The position numbers were made by a program, and so were the translations under genes. From Methanobacteriota archaeon (GTDB lineage: Archaea; Thermoplasmatota; Thermoplasmata; SG8-5; JAGLSY01), in the NCBI GenBank assembly GCA_020696385.1, contig JAEHCQ010000002.1, positions 32,001 through 96,000 on the forward strand: a stretch of 64,000 bases of DNA. Reading direction: 5' to 3'. The stretch's first letter is position 1. Every line of letters starts with the position of its first letter. Below, piece after piece: positions 37,609 through 47,145 of this stretch. Under the pieces are notes generated by a model that was not told the DNA's origin, did not search any database, and was given only the letters and a program-made list of their open reading frames with translations.

Positions 37609-38016
37609 TCAATCCCCCAGACCCTTGTCCTTATTTTTGATGTTATTATCAATCTTATTTGTTGGGAGAATGGAATCCAACATCGCCTCTGGGTCATCGA
37701 TCTCGATAATCACTTTAATATCTCCCAATACTGAATTTCCATCCACGAAATTCACTTTGGAGACATAGGCCACTTGTTTGTTCAAAAAGAATTTTATCTT
37801 ATTTTTGAACGATCCCTTGTGCAACACCTGCCTGGCTGTATCCCTGATCCTTTGTTGGTTGATCATTTTGAGGAGAACGTCAATATTGGGTGAAACTCCG
37901 TTAATAATATCATCTTCTACCTCGAGCTTCGCCTCGGGAAAGATGTTCATTATCGCCTGGACAACCTTCTCATGATCCTCGGTCTTGCCATAAATGGATG
38001 ATACAAGGCATTTCAT
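37609..38016 (-). CDS. UPF0201/DUF54 family putative RNA-binding protein
   Basis: TED.EKV..AI.NIFP, Q.IRDTAR, LNKQ.A. Confidence 0.85.
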   Translation of the reverse strand: MKCLVSSIYGKTEDHEKVVQAIMNIFPEAKLEVEDDIINGVSPNIDVLLKMINQQRIRDTARQVLHKGSFKNKIKFFLNKQVAYVSKVNFVDGNSVLGDIKVIIEIDDPEAMLDSILPTNKIDNNIKNKDKGLGD

Positions 38017-38109
38017 AAACCACCATAAGAAAGATTATGATTAAAAGATTTCTGAATTTCAAATTGTATAGAACACATACTGGAATATATTAACCAGTGA
38101 AAGTCAAAT

Positions 38110-39063
38110 TCAAGACTCGGATTCCTCAATATTGGATCTAACCGCGTGGCGAACTGCAGCCTCGGAATTATGGCTGGATGACCATCCCAGGCCGGCGATC
38201 TTATCAACGGATAGCCGCATTCTCGGAACATCGCCTTTCCATCCAATTTTTCCCCCTGTGTATGTGAATTCAGTATCTTTTAGACCGAGTTCCTCCACAA
38301 CGATCTCCGCGATGCGCGTGACATCGACCCAGTCCGAGCTGGCAAGGTTGAACACATTGGCCATGTCATCGGATCCTTTTATCCCGAAAAGTATCGCATC
38401 GGCGCATTCTCCAACGAGCAAATAGGATTTACTCTGAGTCCCATCTCCAAGTATCTCCATACTCTTCGGATCCTTCTTGAGCTTGGCAATGAAATCGATT
38501 ATCACGCCATGGGTGGCTCTTTCCCCGATTATATTGGCAAATCGGAATATCCAAATCTGCATATCGAAGGAGCTGGCATAGGCTGATATCAAACCCTCGC
38601 ATGCCAGTTTTGAAGCTCCATAAAGCGATATGGGAAGCATTGGACCATAATCTTCTGGAACAGCAAATCCATCCTGTTCTCCATAAACTGTCTGGCTGGA
38701 TGAGAAAGCTATCTTCCGCACACCCGCCTGCCTCATGGCATCCAGCACATTGTAAGTGGCGATCGTCCCCTGCTGGAGATCGTAATCCGTGTTCAATGTA
38801 CCATGACGAACATCTGGATTGGATGCCAGATGTATGACAAAATCTATGCCATCCATGGCCTTTATCAGGGATGGGAGATCCAGTGTATCGGCCTCTATGA
38901 CCTTGAAACCTTCCTTTCCTTCATGGTGAGAGATGAATTCCCTCCTACCACTACTGAAGTTATCGTAAATGGTCACCTGGTTGTTCACCTGGTCATTTTC
39001 CATCAGTCTATCGACGATGTGGCTGCCTATGAAGCCTGCGCCTCCTGTTACAAGATAATGCAT
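38110..39063 (-). CDS. NAD-dependent epimerase (UDP-glucose 4-epimerase-like)
   Basis: TGGAGFIGS, YGASK, FRFAN..G, GDGTQSKSY, GW.GDV. Confidence 0.9.
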   Translation of the reverse strand: MHYLVTGGAGFIGSHIVDRLMENDQVNNQVTIYDNFSSGRREFISHHEGKEGFKVIEADTLDLPSLIKAMDGIDFVIHLASNPDVRHGTLNTDYDLQQGTIATYNVLDAMRQAGVRKIAFSSSQTVYGEQDGFAVPEDYGPMLPISLYGASKLACEGLISAYASSFDMQIWIFRFANIIGERATHGVIIDFIAKLKKDPKSMEILGDGTQSKSYLLVGECADAILFGIKGSDDMANVFNLASSDWVDVTRIAEIVVEELGLKDTEFTYTGGKIGWKGDVPRMRLSVDKIAGLGWSSSHNSEAAVRHAVRSNIEESES

Positions 39064-39151
39064 ATGGCAGATTGATGAACGAAATCGTATTTAATGATTA
39101 TCTATCATCATGAGCCTAGGATCGATGTGTCACTATCACCAAAATAGTTAA

Positions 39152-40348
39152 ATGGGGTTCGCTTTTGCGTCACCTATGAATATTCTCATCATTCCGACCA
39201 CGGATTGGCTTTGCCATCCAACACCACACAGGCATCATTATCTGGCTGAATTCATGACCGATAATAATGAAGTTCATGTTTTGTATTTTGATATATTCAG
39301 AGGTGAAAAAACATGGAATACAAAAGCAAAGCTGATTCCGGCAGGGGGATTGTCATTTGACAACCTTCTTTTGTATTACTCGATTAATGCTCCGATCCAT
39401 TACTTAACCTTGAGAAAATTCATTAAAAATAATAATATAGATGTTATCTATGGGGCACATCCTGTTTCCAATCTTCTGGCTCTCAAAATCGCAAAGAATA
39501 TGAAAAAGAAGCAAAGACCCCTTTGTGTGTTTGATTTCAATGATTTCTTCCCAGAAGGGGCTTCATTATATTACTCAAATAAGCTCCTTCGGAAGACAAT
39601 TAAAACCGTGGCAGAAAAGTTCCTTGTAAAGAATCTGAGAGACTCAGATATTGTAGTTACAGTGTCCTCTATAATGAAGGAATATGCAGAAGAAAAAGGT
39701 GCAAATGAGGTTCACCTTGTAACCAATGGAGTAGACCTAAAGCGGTTCAAACCGGAAGAACCAGATAAGATATTGAAGAAAAAATATCGACTTGGAGACA
39801 ATGTAATTGGTTTCATTGGAACCATGGAGCGCTGGTTTGACATTGAAATGCTGCTTAATGCTCTTAAAAAAATTCATTCTCATATTCCAGATGCACAATT
39901 ATTGCTTGTAGGGGGAAGTATAAAGACCGATTATCTGGACCAATTAAAAAAGCGAGCTGGGACTTTAGGAATATCTGACTCGGTCATTTTCACAGGCATA
40001 GTACCATATGATGAGGTTTCAAAATATATCAACCTCATGTCAGTGGGGGTCATCCCGCCAATCTCAAAGGATCTTTTTATGGGGAAGATAGCACTACCCA
40101 ACAAACTATTTCAGTATTCTGCCTGTGGGAAACCGATATTGACCTACCCTATGCCCGAGATAATGAATGTAGGGGGCAGTGCGATTGAAACATTCGAGGA
40201 TGAAAAACAATTTGTCCAAAAATGTGTTAATATACTGAATGAGGGGGAAGAGAACAAAGAGGGGCTGGAACTGGCTGAGAATTTTGACTGGAGAAACCAA
40301 TGTAATAAGCTTATAGAAATATTCCAGGCGAGGCCATTGGAGGAATGA
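39152..40348 (+). CDS. Glycosyltransferase family 4
   Basis: NGVD...F, F.G.V.Y.EV, P.KLF.Y.ACGKPI. Confidence 0.85.
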   Translation: MGFAFASPMNILIIPTTDWLCHPTPHRHHYLAEFMTDNNEVHVLYFDIFRGEKTWNTKAKLIPAGGLSFDNLLLYYSINAPIHYLTLRKFIKNNNIDVIYGAHPVSNLLALKIAKNMKKKQRPLCVFDFNDFFPEGASLYYSNKLLRKTIKTVAEKFLVKNLRDSDIVVTVSSIMKEYAEEKGANEVHLVTNGVDLKRFKPEEPDKILKKKYRLGDNVIGFIGTMERWFDIEMLLNALKKIHSHIPDAQLLLVGGSIKTDYLDQLKKRAGTLGISDSVIFTGIVPYDEVSKYINLMSVGVIPPISKDLFMGKIALPNKLFQYSACGKPILTYPMPEIMNVGGSAIETFEDEKQFVQKCVNILNEGEENKEGLELAENFDWRNQCNKLIEIFQARPLEE

Positions 40349-41478
40349 GAATGAGCAGGATCATCATGCTATTGTTCAATAATTATTCTCCAGATCCTAG
40401 AGTGAAACAGGAGGCTGATACCCTTGCCTCTGCAGGGCATGAGGTTATGATATTCTCCTGGAAAAGGAATGCGGGATCCACAGCATTTAAGGAGAAAAAA
40501 TTCAGAGTCATAAATACAGGACCACATTTGCCAGATGATTTCAGTACTAAAGATGCTTTATCTCAAGCTATCATCAAGCTATATTCAGTTTGCAGATTTT
40601 CATCCAAAACATTCTTCAGTACAATAAAAAATAAAATGGATATAGTCCATGCACATGACTTGGACATGCTACCATTGGGAGTTTTAATATCAAAGATCAA
40701 GGGCATCCCAGTAGTATATGATTCCCATGAAATCTACCCACAGATGGTTGCCAGAGACATGAAATGTGCCGTCAAGCCTCTGAAATTTGTTGAGAAATTC
40801 TTAATAAAGTATGTCACCCGGATAATCACTGTAACAAAATATCACAAAGAATATTTTGAAAATATGGGTGCCAGTAATATCATTGTAGTCACCAATTGCA
40901 AAACAATCAAATCCACCAAATATGATCCACCACACAATGAGAAGTTCACTCTGATTTACATTGGTGGATTCAACAGAACCAGGTTCCTCCATGAGGCCAT
41001 AGAAGTATGTGGAAATATCGACGGTATCGAATTCAAGATCGCCGGGTATGGTCAAAACGCTAAGGAATTGGAAAAAGAAGCGAGCGAGGCTCCCATGAGG
41101 AATGTGATATATTTAGGAAGGATACCTGGGGAGGAAGTAATTGCAATGACTGGTGAAGCAGATGCAGTGATGTGCATGCTTGATCCGAAAAATTACAATA
41201 ATCGCGTTGGACCACCAAATAAGATCTTCGAAGCTATGGTTTCCGGAAGGCCCATCATAGCGACAAAAGGTACTTTCAGCGGTGAAGTTGTGGAGAAAGA
41301 GCGAATTGGACTGGCTGTTAATTTCACAAAGGATGATTTCAGGAATGCTGTGATACAATTAAGAGATGACCGAGACTTAAGGAGAGATCTAGGCATGAGA
41401 TCGTTGGAGACAGCCTTGACCAAGTACAATTGGAATCAAGAAGGTGAGAAACTCTTAGCCACATACAATAAACTGTAA
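40345..41478 (+). CDS. Glycosyltransferase family 4
   Basis: DPRV..EA..L, HAHD, YDSHE, PNK.FEAM..G.PII. Confidence 0.88.
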   Translation: MRMSRIIMLLFNNYSPDPRVKQEADTLASAGHEVMIFSWKRNAGSTAFKEKKFRVINTGPHLPDDFSTKDALSQAIIKLYSVCRFSSKTFFSTIKNKMDIVHAHDLDMLPLGVLISKIKGIPVVYDSHEIYPQMVARDMKCAVKPLKFVEKFLIKYVTRIITVTKYHKEYFENMGASNIIVVTNCKTIKSTKYDPPHNEKFTLIYIGGFNRTRFLHEAIEVCGNIDGIEFKIAGYGQNAKELEKEASEAPMRNVIYLGRIPGEEVIAMTGEADAVMCMLDPKNYNNRVGPPNKIFEAMVSGRPIIATKGTFSGEVVEKERIGLAVNFTKDDFRNAVIQLRDDRDLRRDLGMRSLETALTKYNWNQEGEKLLATYNKL

Positions 41479-41494
41479 GATTTTCGAATTGTTT

Positions 41495-42964
41495 TTAAGA
41501 CCTGGATGTGAATATTTTCCATACATTTCTAACCATGCTCAGAGACCCGGCCTTTAGCATGATCATTGATCCGAAATACAGCAATATACCAAGAACGATC
41601 ATACCAAACAAGATCACAATATTGACATCAATGGCAGATCTCAAAAGATTAATGGCCAGATACATGATGATGGAAGAGAATATCGACTTTGCCAGAAATG
41701 ATCTGTCCAATTTGAACCTGAGAAAACGCTTGGAATAATGAACAGTGATCGCGGCCAATATGAAGAAAGCACCAATTGTGGCAAAGGCTGCGCCTATCAT
41801 TCCAAATATCGGAATTAATACTATATTGAGCATTAGATTGATCAGTGATACCAGTATCGAAATTCCACCAATCAATTTTGTTCGCTTTGCAAGGACAATT
41901 GTTTGAGAGTATACCGCTGATATACCCCAGAACAATGCTCCAGCCCCTACGATCGGGACTATGAGATATCCTTCACTGGCAATAGCCTCTGTTGCTATGA
42001 TCTCAAGAACATCCCTTGAAAAAAGAGCTAAGCCTGCTAGTGCGGGTATTGATATGAATATCACTAATTTGGCGGATAATGAAAGGTATTTTCTCACTTC
42101 CTTTTTCTGGTTCTTATCATACATATCCGAAAGTATGGAAGGCAGAACAAAAACCAGTGGTGCACTAAATATTGAAAGCATGAACCCAAGCATGTATGCA
42201 GGGGAGTAGACTCCAACCATTCCAACGCCCAGATACATTGCCAGCAAGTACCTGTCACCAGAATTGGTTATCCATGATGCGAAGTTCGATGGTATTGTCG
42301 GAATGCCGAAATTCAATAGTTTTTTGATTCTTGAAAATGAAGGCATGGTGATTCCAATGTCCTTGATTATCAAAACAAGCAGTATGCAGAACAGGATGAC
42401 ATTCGTGACAAGTATGGAAAACACTGATTCATAGAGGCCTAGATCATTCAGGATGAAGTAATATACCATGAATACCAGTACATAATTTTGGAACAATATT
42501 CCAAAGGAATATAGTTTCATCTTAAGTAGAGCTCTGAAATAATTCAAGAATAGTAGATTAATAGAATAAAATGGAAATACTAGGGCCATCAATATCACAA
42601 GTTCAGTCATGTCATTGAAGAGAATTGAGGATATCATAGGAGCCAAAAAGAATAGTGCCACGGAAACTATCAGTGACGCTACCAGCACGATCATGAATGA
42701 TGAGTAAAATAGCTCTTTTTTTACCCTATTGCTTTTATTGCCAGACATGAAACGAACAAGAGAAAATGGCAGTCCAAGAGTGAAAACATAGCTCAACATG
42801 GTCAAGGTAACGATGACCAGTATCCACATTCCATAGCTTTCCCCTCCGAGGATCTTAGTTATTAGGGGCAGAAGAAGAAAGCCTCTGAGTGTCACCAGTA
42901 TTCGGGTTATGCCAACAAGGCCAACATTGGATGCAAACTTCTTATACTGTATTGTCACGATCAA
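41495..42964 (-). CDS. Oligosaccharide flippase (Wzx/MOP family)
   Basis: About 14 TM segments, YG, D.YLL...LG...VGVY, LN..LIP.FG..GAA.AT. Confidence 0.88.
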   Translation of the reverse strand: MIVTIQYKKFASNVGLVGITRILVTLRGFLLLPLITKILGGESYGMWILVIVTLTMLSYVFTLGLPFSLVRFMSGNKSNRVKKELFYSSFMIVLVASLIVSVALFFLAPMISSILFNDMTELVILMALVFPFYSINLLFLNYFRALLKMKLYSFGILFQNYVLVFMVYYFILNDLGLYESVFSILVTNVILFCILLVLIIKDIGITMPSFSRIKKLLNFGIPTIPSNFASWITNSGDRYLLAMYLGVGMVGVYSPAYMLGFMLSIFSAPLVFVLPSILSDMYDKNQKKEVRKYLSLSAKLVIFISIPALAGLALFSRDVLEIIATEAIASEGYLIVPIVGAGALFWGISAVYSQTIVLAKRTKLIGGISILVSLINLMLNIVLIPIFGMIGAAFATIGAFFILAAITVHYSKRFLRFKLDRSFLAKSIFSSIIMYLAINLLRSAIDVNIVILFGMIVLGILLYFGSMIMLKAGSLSMVRNVWKIFTSRS

Positions 42965-43098
42965 CCAATAACACTCTCCATATAAAAATATGTTATATTA
43001 TTGTATAAGGAATGAGTGATATATTATAAGATAGAATTATCTGTTGAACTATTTATATACTTATAGAATAATATGATTCCGAAACGGCAGGTTCAGAT

Positions 43099-44703
43099 AT
43101 GCAAAATGTGGATGAACAGAAGGATCTTATCAACTGGTTCAAGGAATGGTCAAACAAGGAGATATTTGATGGAAAGAATATCAAGGATCTTCTTGGGTAT
43201 GATGATTATTCATTTTGGTGGTTCATGGATTTCTATATTTACAATAATTTGCAACAAAGAATGAATGGCCAGATTCCAGAGAATCATAAATTGAAAGTAG
43301 CTCTAGCTCCCCATTATTTACTGTTCAGAGCAATAATACGAAAGCTATATAGTTCGATCCTGATGCCTTGGAAGCCTGCGTCTGACAAGGCTGCGGTAAT
43401 GGTAATGAGCCACCGGATCAACTGGAGAGTGAATAGCCGGACTGGTAAAAAAGAAGATCAGTTATTCGACCATATAATCGAGGAACTTGAGAATAAAGGC
43501 CTGAATGTCCTGGCTCTGGATAGAAATCAGGATATGGGATTTAATATATTGAAGGAAAAAAGGAAGCTGAAGCCAGGCCTTTGGAGGCCTGTTGAATCAT
43601 ATGCAAAATTATCAGATATTCTATTTGCTTTTCGCATAAATTCACAATTCAAGCGGAAGTTCAGATCAATTAGGGAAAGTGAGAGATTTAAAAGATCCCT
43701 GGTATACGAAGGGAAGGACATGGGCGATCTCATACTCGAGCCCATGGAGTTGGCCTTCAATTATATTCCAATGGAGGCACTGATCCAAATAAGAGGAATT
43801 GAGAATGCTGTCAGGGATGAGAAATTGAAACTGATGATCCTAAGCCATGAATATGGAACCTATGGCAAGGCTGCTTTTATTGCTGGTAAGAAGACGAAAA
43901 TAAAAACACTGACTATCCAGCATGGTGTCATTCACCCATATCACATGGGATACATTCACACAAAAAACGAGATAGGACAATGGTCACCAAAACATTGTCC
44001 TTTGGCAGATAAGATGGCTGTTTTTGGTGATTATACAAAGGATTTTCTGGTCAATGATTGTAATTCTCCAGATCCTTCCATTGCAATTGTCGGTCAACCA
44101 AAATATGATGTTCTTTATGAGCCAGATAAACATTATAATAAGGCAAAATTCATCAAAGAGAATAAAATCGATGTGAATAAAACATCGATCCTTGTGGCCA
44201 CCCAGAGTGTTCCGGTGATGAGACAGAGAGAAATATTTTTTGAAAACATTATGAAGCTGTCTAAAATTCCAGATGTTCAATTATTAATCAAGCCTCATCC
44301 TGGTGAAGATATTGCATGGCACAAAGCGATGATGGACAAAATAGGTCTAAAGGCCCCGATGATCGATCCCAAATCAGATATTTTTGAGGCCATCAATGCC
44401 ACAGATATCATGGCAACTTTCAATTCCACAACGGCAATTGAAGCTATCATGATGGGCAAGGGGGTGGTGATACTCAACCTGACTGGCCAAGAGGACATAT
44501 TACCCTTTGTAGCAAGCGGGGGGGCCTTGGGGATCTATGATGAAAAGGATCTCATACCCACTGTTTCAAAGATGATGGATGACAAGAAAACAAAAGAAGC
44601 GCTCGCAATAGGAAGGGAGCGGTTCATACAAGAGCATATGCACAAAAATGATGGTAGATCTACAGAAAGGTTCGTCATGCTGGCCATCGAGATGATGAAA
44701 TAG
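43099..44703 (+). CDS. GT-B fold capsule-type protein, candidate nonulosonate (Pse) transferase
   Basis: IQHG, VGQPKYD, IKPHPGE and NST..IEA motifs typical of sialyl/glycerophosphate transferase-like proteins; lies between flippase and pse genes. Confidence 0.6.
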   Translation: MQNVDEQKDLINWFKEWSNKEIFDGKNIKDLLGYDDYSFWWFMDFYIYNNLQQRMNGQIPENHKLKVALAPHYLLFRAIIRKLYSSILMPWKPASDKAAVMVMSHRINWRVNSRTGKKEDQLFDHIIEELENKGLNVLALDRNQDMGFNILKEKRKLKPGLWRPVESYAKLSDILFAFRINSQFKRKFRSIRESERFKRSLVYEGKDMGDLILEPMELAFNYIPMEALIQIRGIENAVRDEKLKLMILSHEYGTYGKAAFIAGKKTKIKTLTIQHGVIHPYHMGYIHTKNEIGQWSPKHCPLADKMAVFGDYTKDFLVNDCNSPDPSIAIVGQPKYDVLYEPDKHYNKAKFIKENKIDVNKTSILVATQSVPVMRQREIFFENIMKLSKIPDVQLLIKPHPGEDIAWHKAMMDKIGLKAPMIDPKSDIFEAINATDIMATFNSTTAIEAIMMGKGVVILNLTGQEDILPFVASGGALGIYDEKDLIPTVSKMMDDKKTKEALAIGRERFIQEHMHKNDGRSTERFVMLAIEMMK

Positions 44704-44704
44704 A

Positions 44705-45439
44705 TCATTTCAATTCTTTCTGCTCTATATCACGATTAATTTCAGCAAGTTCTGGTTTGGATCCTAAAAGTGAGATGACATCCATGATCTCTATCAATTT
44801 AGGTGACTCGTATAATTTACTGTATATTTTTTCTATCAATTGAAAATCCTCAGGAGTATCGACACAAAGTCTATATTCGGGATGTGCCAGTCCCTCGTCC
44901 GCTGGCACATTATTAAGCTTGAACTTAACTGGATTCTGATAGAAGTATGGCGTAACATGTTCCCTCTGGAATATTTCATTTGTTTCCTGTCCAGCCAGCT
45001 TCAGCAGATCGGTTGAAAATATCTCAATATCCAAACCTCTTGGATATGTGCGTTCCAGAGTATTGGATGTGTAGTCCGCTCCTGTTTTGATGTGGCTCTC
45101 AATAACCTTATCTATCGTATGGGGGTCAATAAGCGGACAATCCGAGGTGATACGAACTATCATGTCAAGTTCGTATTTTGCCGCGGCTCCAAGATATCTG
45201 GACAATACATCATCCTCAGAACCTCGAAATAATCCCGTATCGGTCATGCTTGCTATCTCGACAAGAGGGTCATCCTGTGGATTTGTAGTTATGGCCAGTA
45301 TGACATAATCGATCTTTTCAGATGCTTTCACACGCTCTATCACGTGCCATAAAAGAGAATGGCCGGACAAGTCCTTGAGCACCTTGTTTGGAAGCCTGGT
45401 GGATGTTGTTCTAGCCTGTATGATCGCTCCGATCTTCAT
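44705..45439 (-). CDS. pseF: Acylneuraminate cytidylyltransferase (SpsF/PseF-like)
   Basis: IIQAR..STRLP.KVL, GSE.DVL.RY, RIT.DCP.ID, REHVT, VDT.ED. Confidence 0.8.
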   Translation of the reverse strand: MKIGAIIQARTTSTRLPNKVLKDLSGHSLLWHVIERVKASEKIDYVILAITTNPQDDPLVEIASMTDTGLFRGSEDDVLSRYLGAAAKYELDMIVRITSDCPLIDPHTIDKVIESHIKTGADYTSNTLERTYPRGLDIEIFSTDLLKLAGQETNEIFQREHVTPYFYQNPVKFKLNNVPADEGLAHPEYRLCVDTPEDFQLIEKIYSKLYESPKLIEIMDVISLLGSKPELAEINRDIEQKELK

Positions 45440-46182
45440 GACTGTCCACCTCTCTGTAATAATAATTTGAGCTTCATAAGATTATCAAGATCGTCAGAAA
45501 AGCTAGCTCTTGGAGTTTCTAGAGTTAAATAAGCATCATTTGGTAATATGTCCATCAGATGCTTAATATCATAATCACCATCTCCAATATGCAGATGCTC
45601 ATCCTCTGGTTTGGCCATGTGGCCATCAGCAATGTGAAATACCTTTGGCTTCAAAGTCAAGAATTCGGTCATAAACTCCTGATATGGAACTGATAAGCTA
45701 CCTGCGGCCTTCATCGCATGATTGAGGTCAAGGCAAAATCCTAATTTGCCTTTCAATTGATTTATTTGGGAAGGGCTGTATCCGACCATCATTTCTCCAT
45801 TGAGACCAAGCATGGGCATATTTTCCAGCAGAATACGGTCATCGTCGATCTTCGCTAAAAAAGACATTGCGACATCAATTTCTTCAAATCCAGGATGCAT
45901 TATCATATATTTTGCATCCAGTTCATCCGCCCATCGGATGCTGTCATTCAGTAATCCACGAGAGATACTGGCCGAGCTTTTGTCAGATATATTGAAGCCC
46001 CATCTCTCTGTTGTGATGTGGATGATGTAGGGCACATCAAGGTCCTTGAAAGCCTTGATGTCAGTGCCTGGAACTGGTGTCAATTCTATGTATTGGAATT
46101 TATCATCATCGATCATATCGACTGCATCAACCAGCATGTCATTGTTCGATGACCATAATTTCAATCCAAAGTCAATGTTCAT
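45436..46182 (-). CDS. EndoIV/xylose-isomerase-like TIM-barrel metalloprotein in the pse operon
   Basis: H, HPG, LEN, DLNH, FHI, DEH and LET metal-ligand pattern. Confidence 0.75.
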   Translation of the reverse strand: MNIDFGLKLWSSNNDMLVDAVDMIDDDKFQYIELTPVPGTDIKAFKDLDVPYIIHITTERWGFNISDKSSASISRGLLNDSIRWADELDAKYMIMHPGFEEIDVAMSFLAKIDDDRILLENMPMLGLNGEMMVGYSPSQINQLKGKLGFCLDLNHAMKAAGSLSVPYQEFMTEFLTLKPKVFHIADGHMAKPEDEHLHIGDGDYDIKHLMDILPNDAYLTLETPRASFSDDLDNLMKLKLLLQRGGQS

Positions 46183-46192
46183 GACAACCTCA

Positions 46193-46735
46193 TCATTCTA
46201 TCTCGATAATATCATATTTATAGCTGCCTTTGATGGACTGCCAGTCCTTCTTAAAAATGGCCATCCTGACAATGTTCTTGTATTCTCCCTTCTTGAAAAT
46301 ATGGTCAATGAAAGTACCTTCTATCTTTGACCCGAACTTCTGATGGATCTGAACTACCATTTCATTGTCATCAAAGACCTCGCAGCATAATTTATTCATG
46401 TCCAACTTGAAGAATACATGGTCATACATATTGCATTCCAGACTGCGAGCAATGCCCTTGCCCCTGAAAGATGTATCCGCAATATAATAGGCCCAGAAGC
46501 ACCGTTTATTGGTCCTATCTATTTCTGACAGATTAATAACACCAATATCAGTACCATCGAATTCGATCATCCAGTACAGATATTCACTACTTTCTGATAC
46601 ATTGTCGAACCAGGCCTTTTGAGATTCCCTGGTCAATTCAATATCAGTGTACATGTATTTCGTAACTTCTGGGAGCATTCTCCATTCCATTACCTTGTAA
46701 ATATCCTCTTCTGCCATTTTCCTTAATTTCAACAT
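46193..46735 (-). CDS. pseH: UDP-4-amino-sugar N-acyltransferase PseH-like (GNAT)
   Basis: WR..PEV..YM, RGKGI, KL.CEV...N..V...H.KFG...EG. Confidence 0.8.
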   Translation of the reverse strand: MLKLRKMAEEDIYKVMEWRMLPEVTKYMYTDIELTRESQKAWFDNVSESSEYLYWMIEFDGTDIGVINLSEIDRTNKRCFWAYYIADTSFRGKGIARSLECNMYDHVFFKLDMNKLCCEVFDDNEMVVQIHQKFGSKIEGTFIDHIFKKGEYKNIVRMAIFKKDWQSIKGSYKYDIIEIE

Positions 46736-46745
46736 GCCAATACCT

Positions 46746-47141
46746 CTATAAGACCTTGACAAGAGCTGTCCCGTCTATCACCAGCTCTTCATTCTGATTC
46801 AGGCACCGTGTGCTCAATAAGACCTTGCCCTTATCCAGTAATTCGATTATCTCCACCCGGGCAGTTATAGTGTCATTGATCCTGACAGGAGCGATGTACT
46901 TCACTTCCTGCTTAATCAATATCGAGCCAGGGCCGGGCAGTTCATTCGCTATGACTGATGATATCAAACCTACAGAAAGAACACCATGAACAATTCGTCC
47001 TTTGAAGATCGTGTTCTGTGCATAATCCTCATCCAGATGAACAGGGTTGAAATCACCAGAGACCTTGGCAAATGATTGCACATCCTCATCTGTTATCTGT
47101 TTAGAAACCTCAGCTATCTGGCCTACCTCGAGTTCTGTCAT
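46746..47141 (-). CDS. MaoC family (R)-specific enoyl-CoA hydratase
   Basis: FA..SGD.NP.HLD..YA..T.F..RI.HG, LPGPG. Confidence 0.9.
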   Translation of the reverse strand: MTELEVGQIAEVSKQITDEDVQSFAKVSGDFNPVHLDEDYAQNTIFKGRIVHGVLSVGLISSVIANELPGPGSILIKQEVKYIAPVRINDTITARVEIIELLDKGKVLLSTRCLNQNEELVIDGTALVKVL

Positions 47142-47145
47142 ATTA

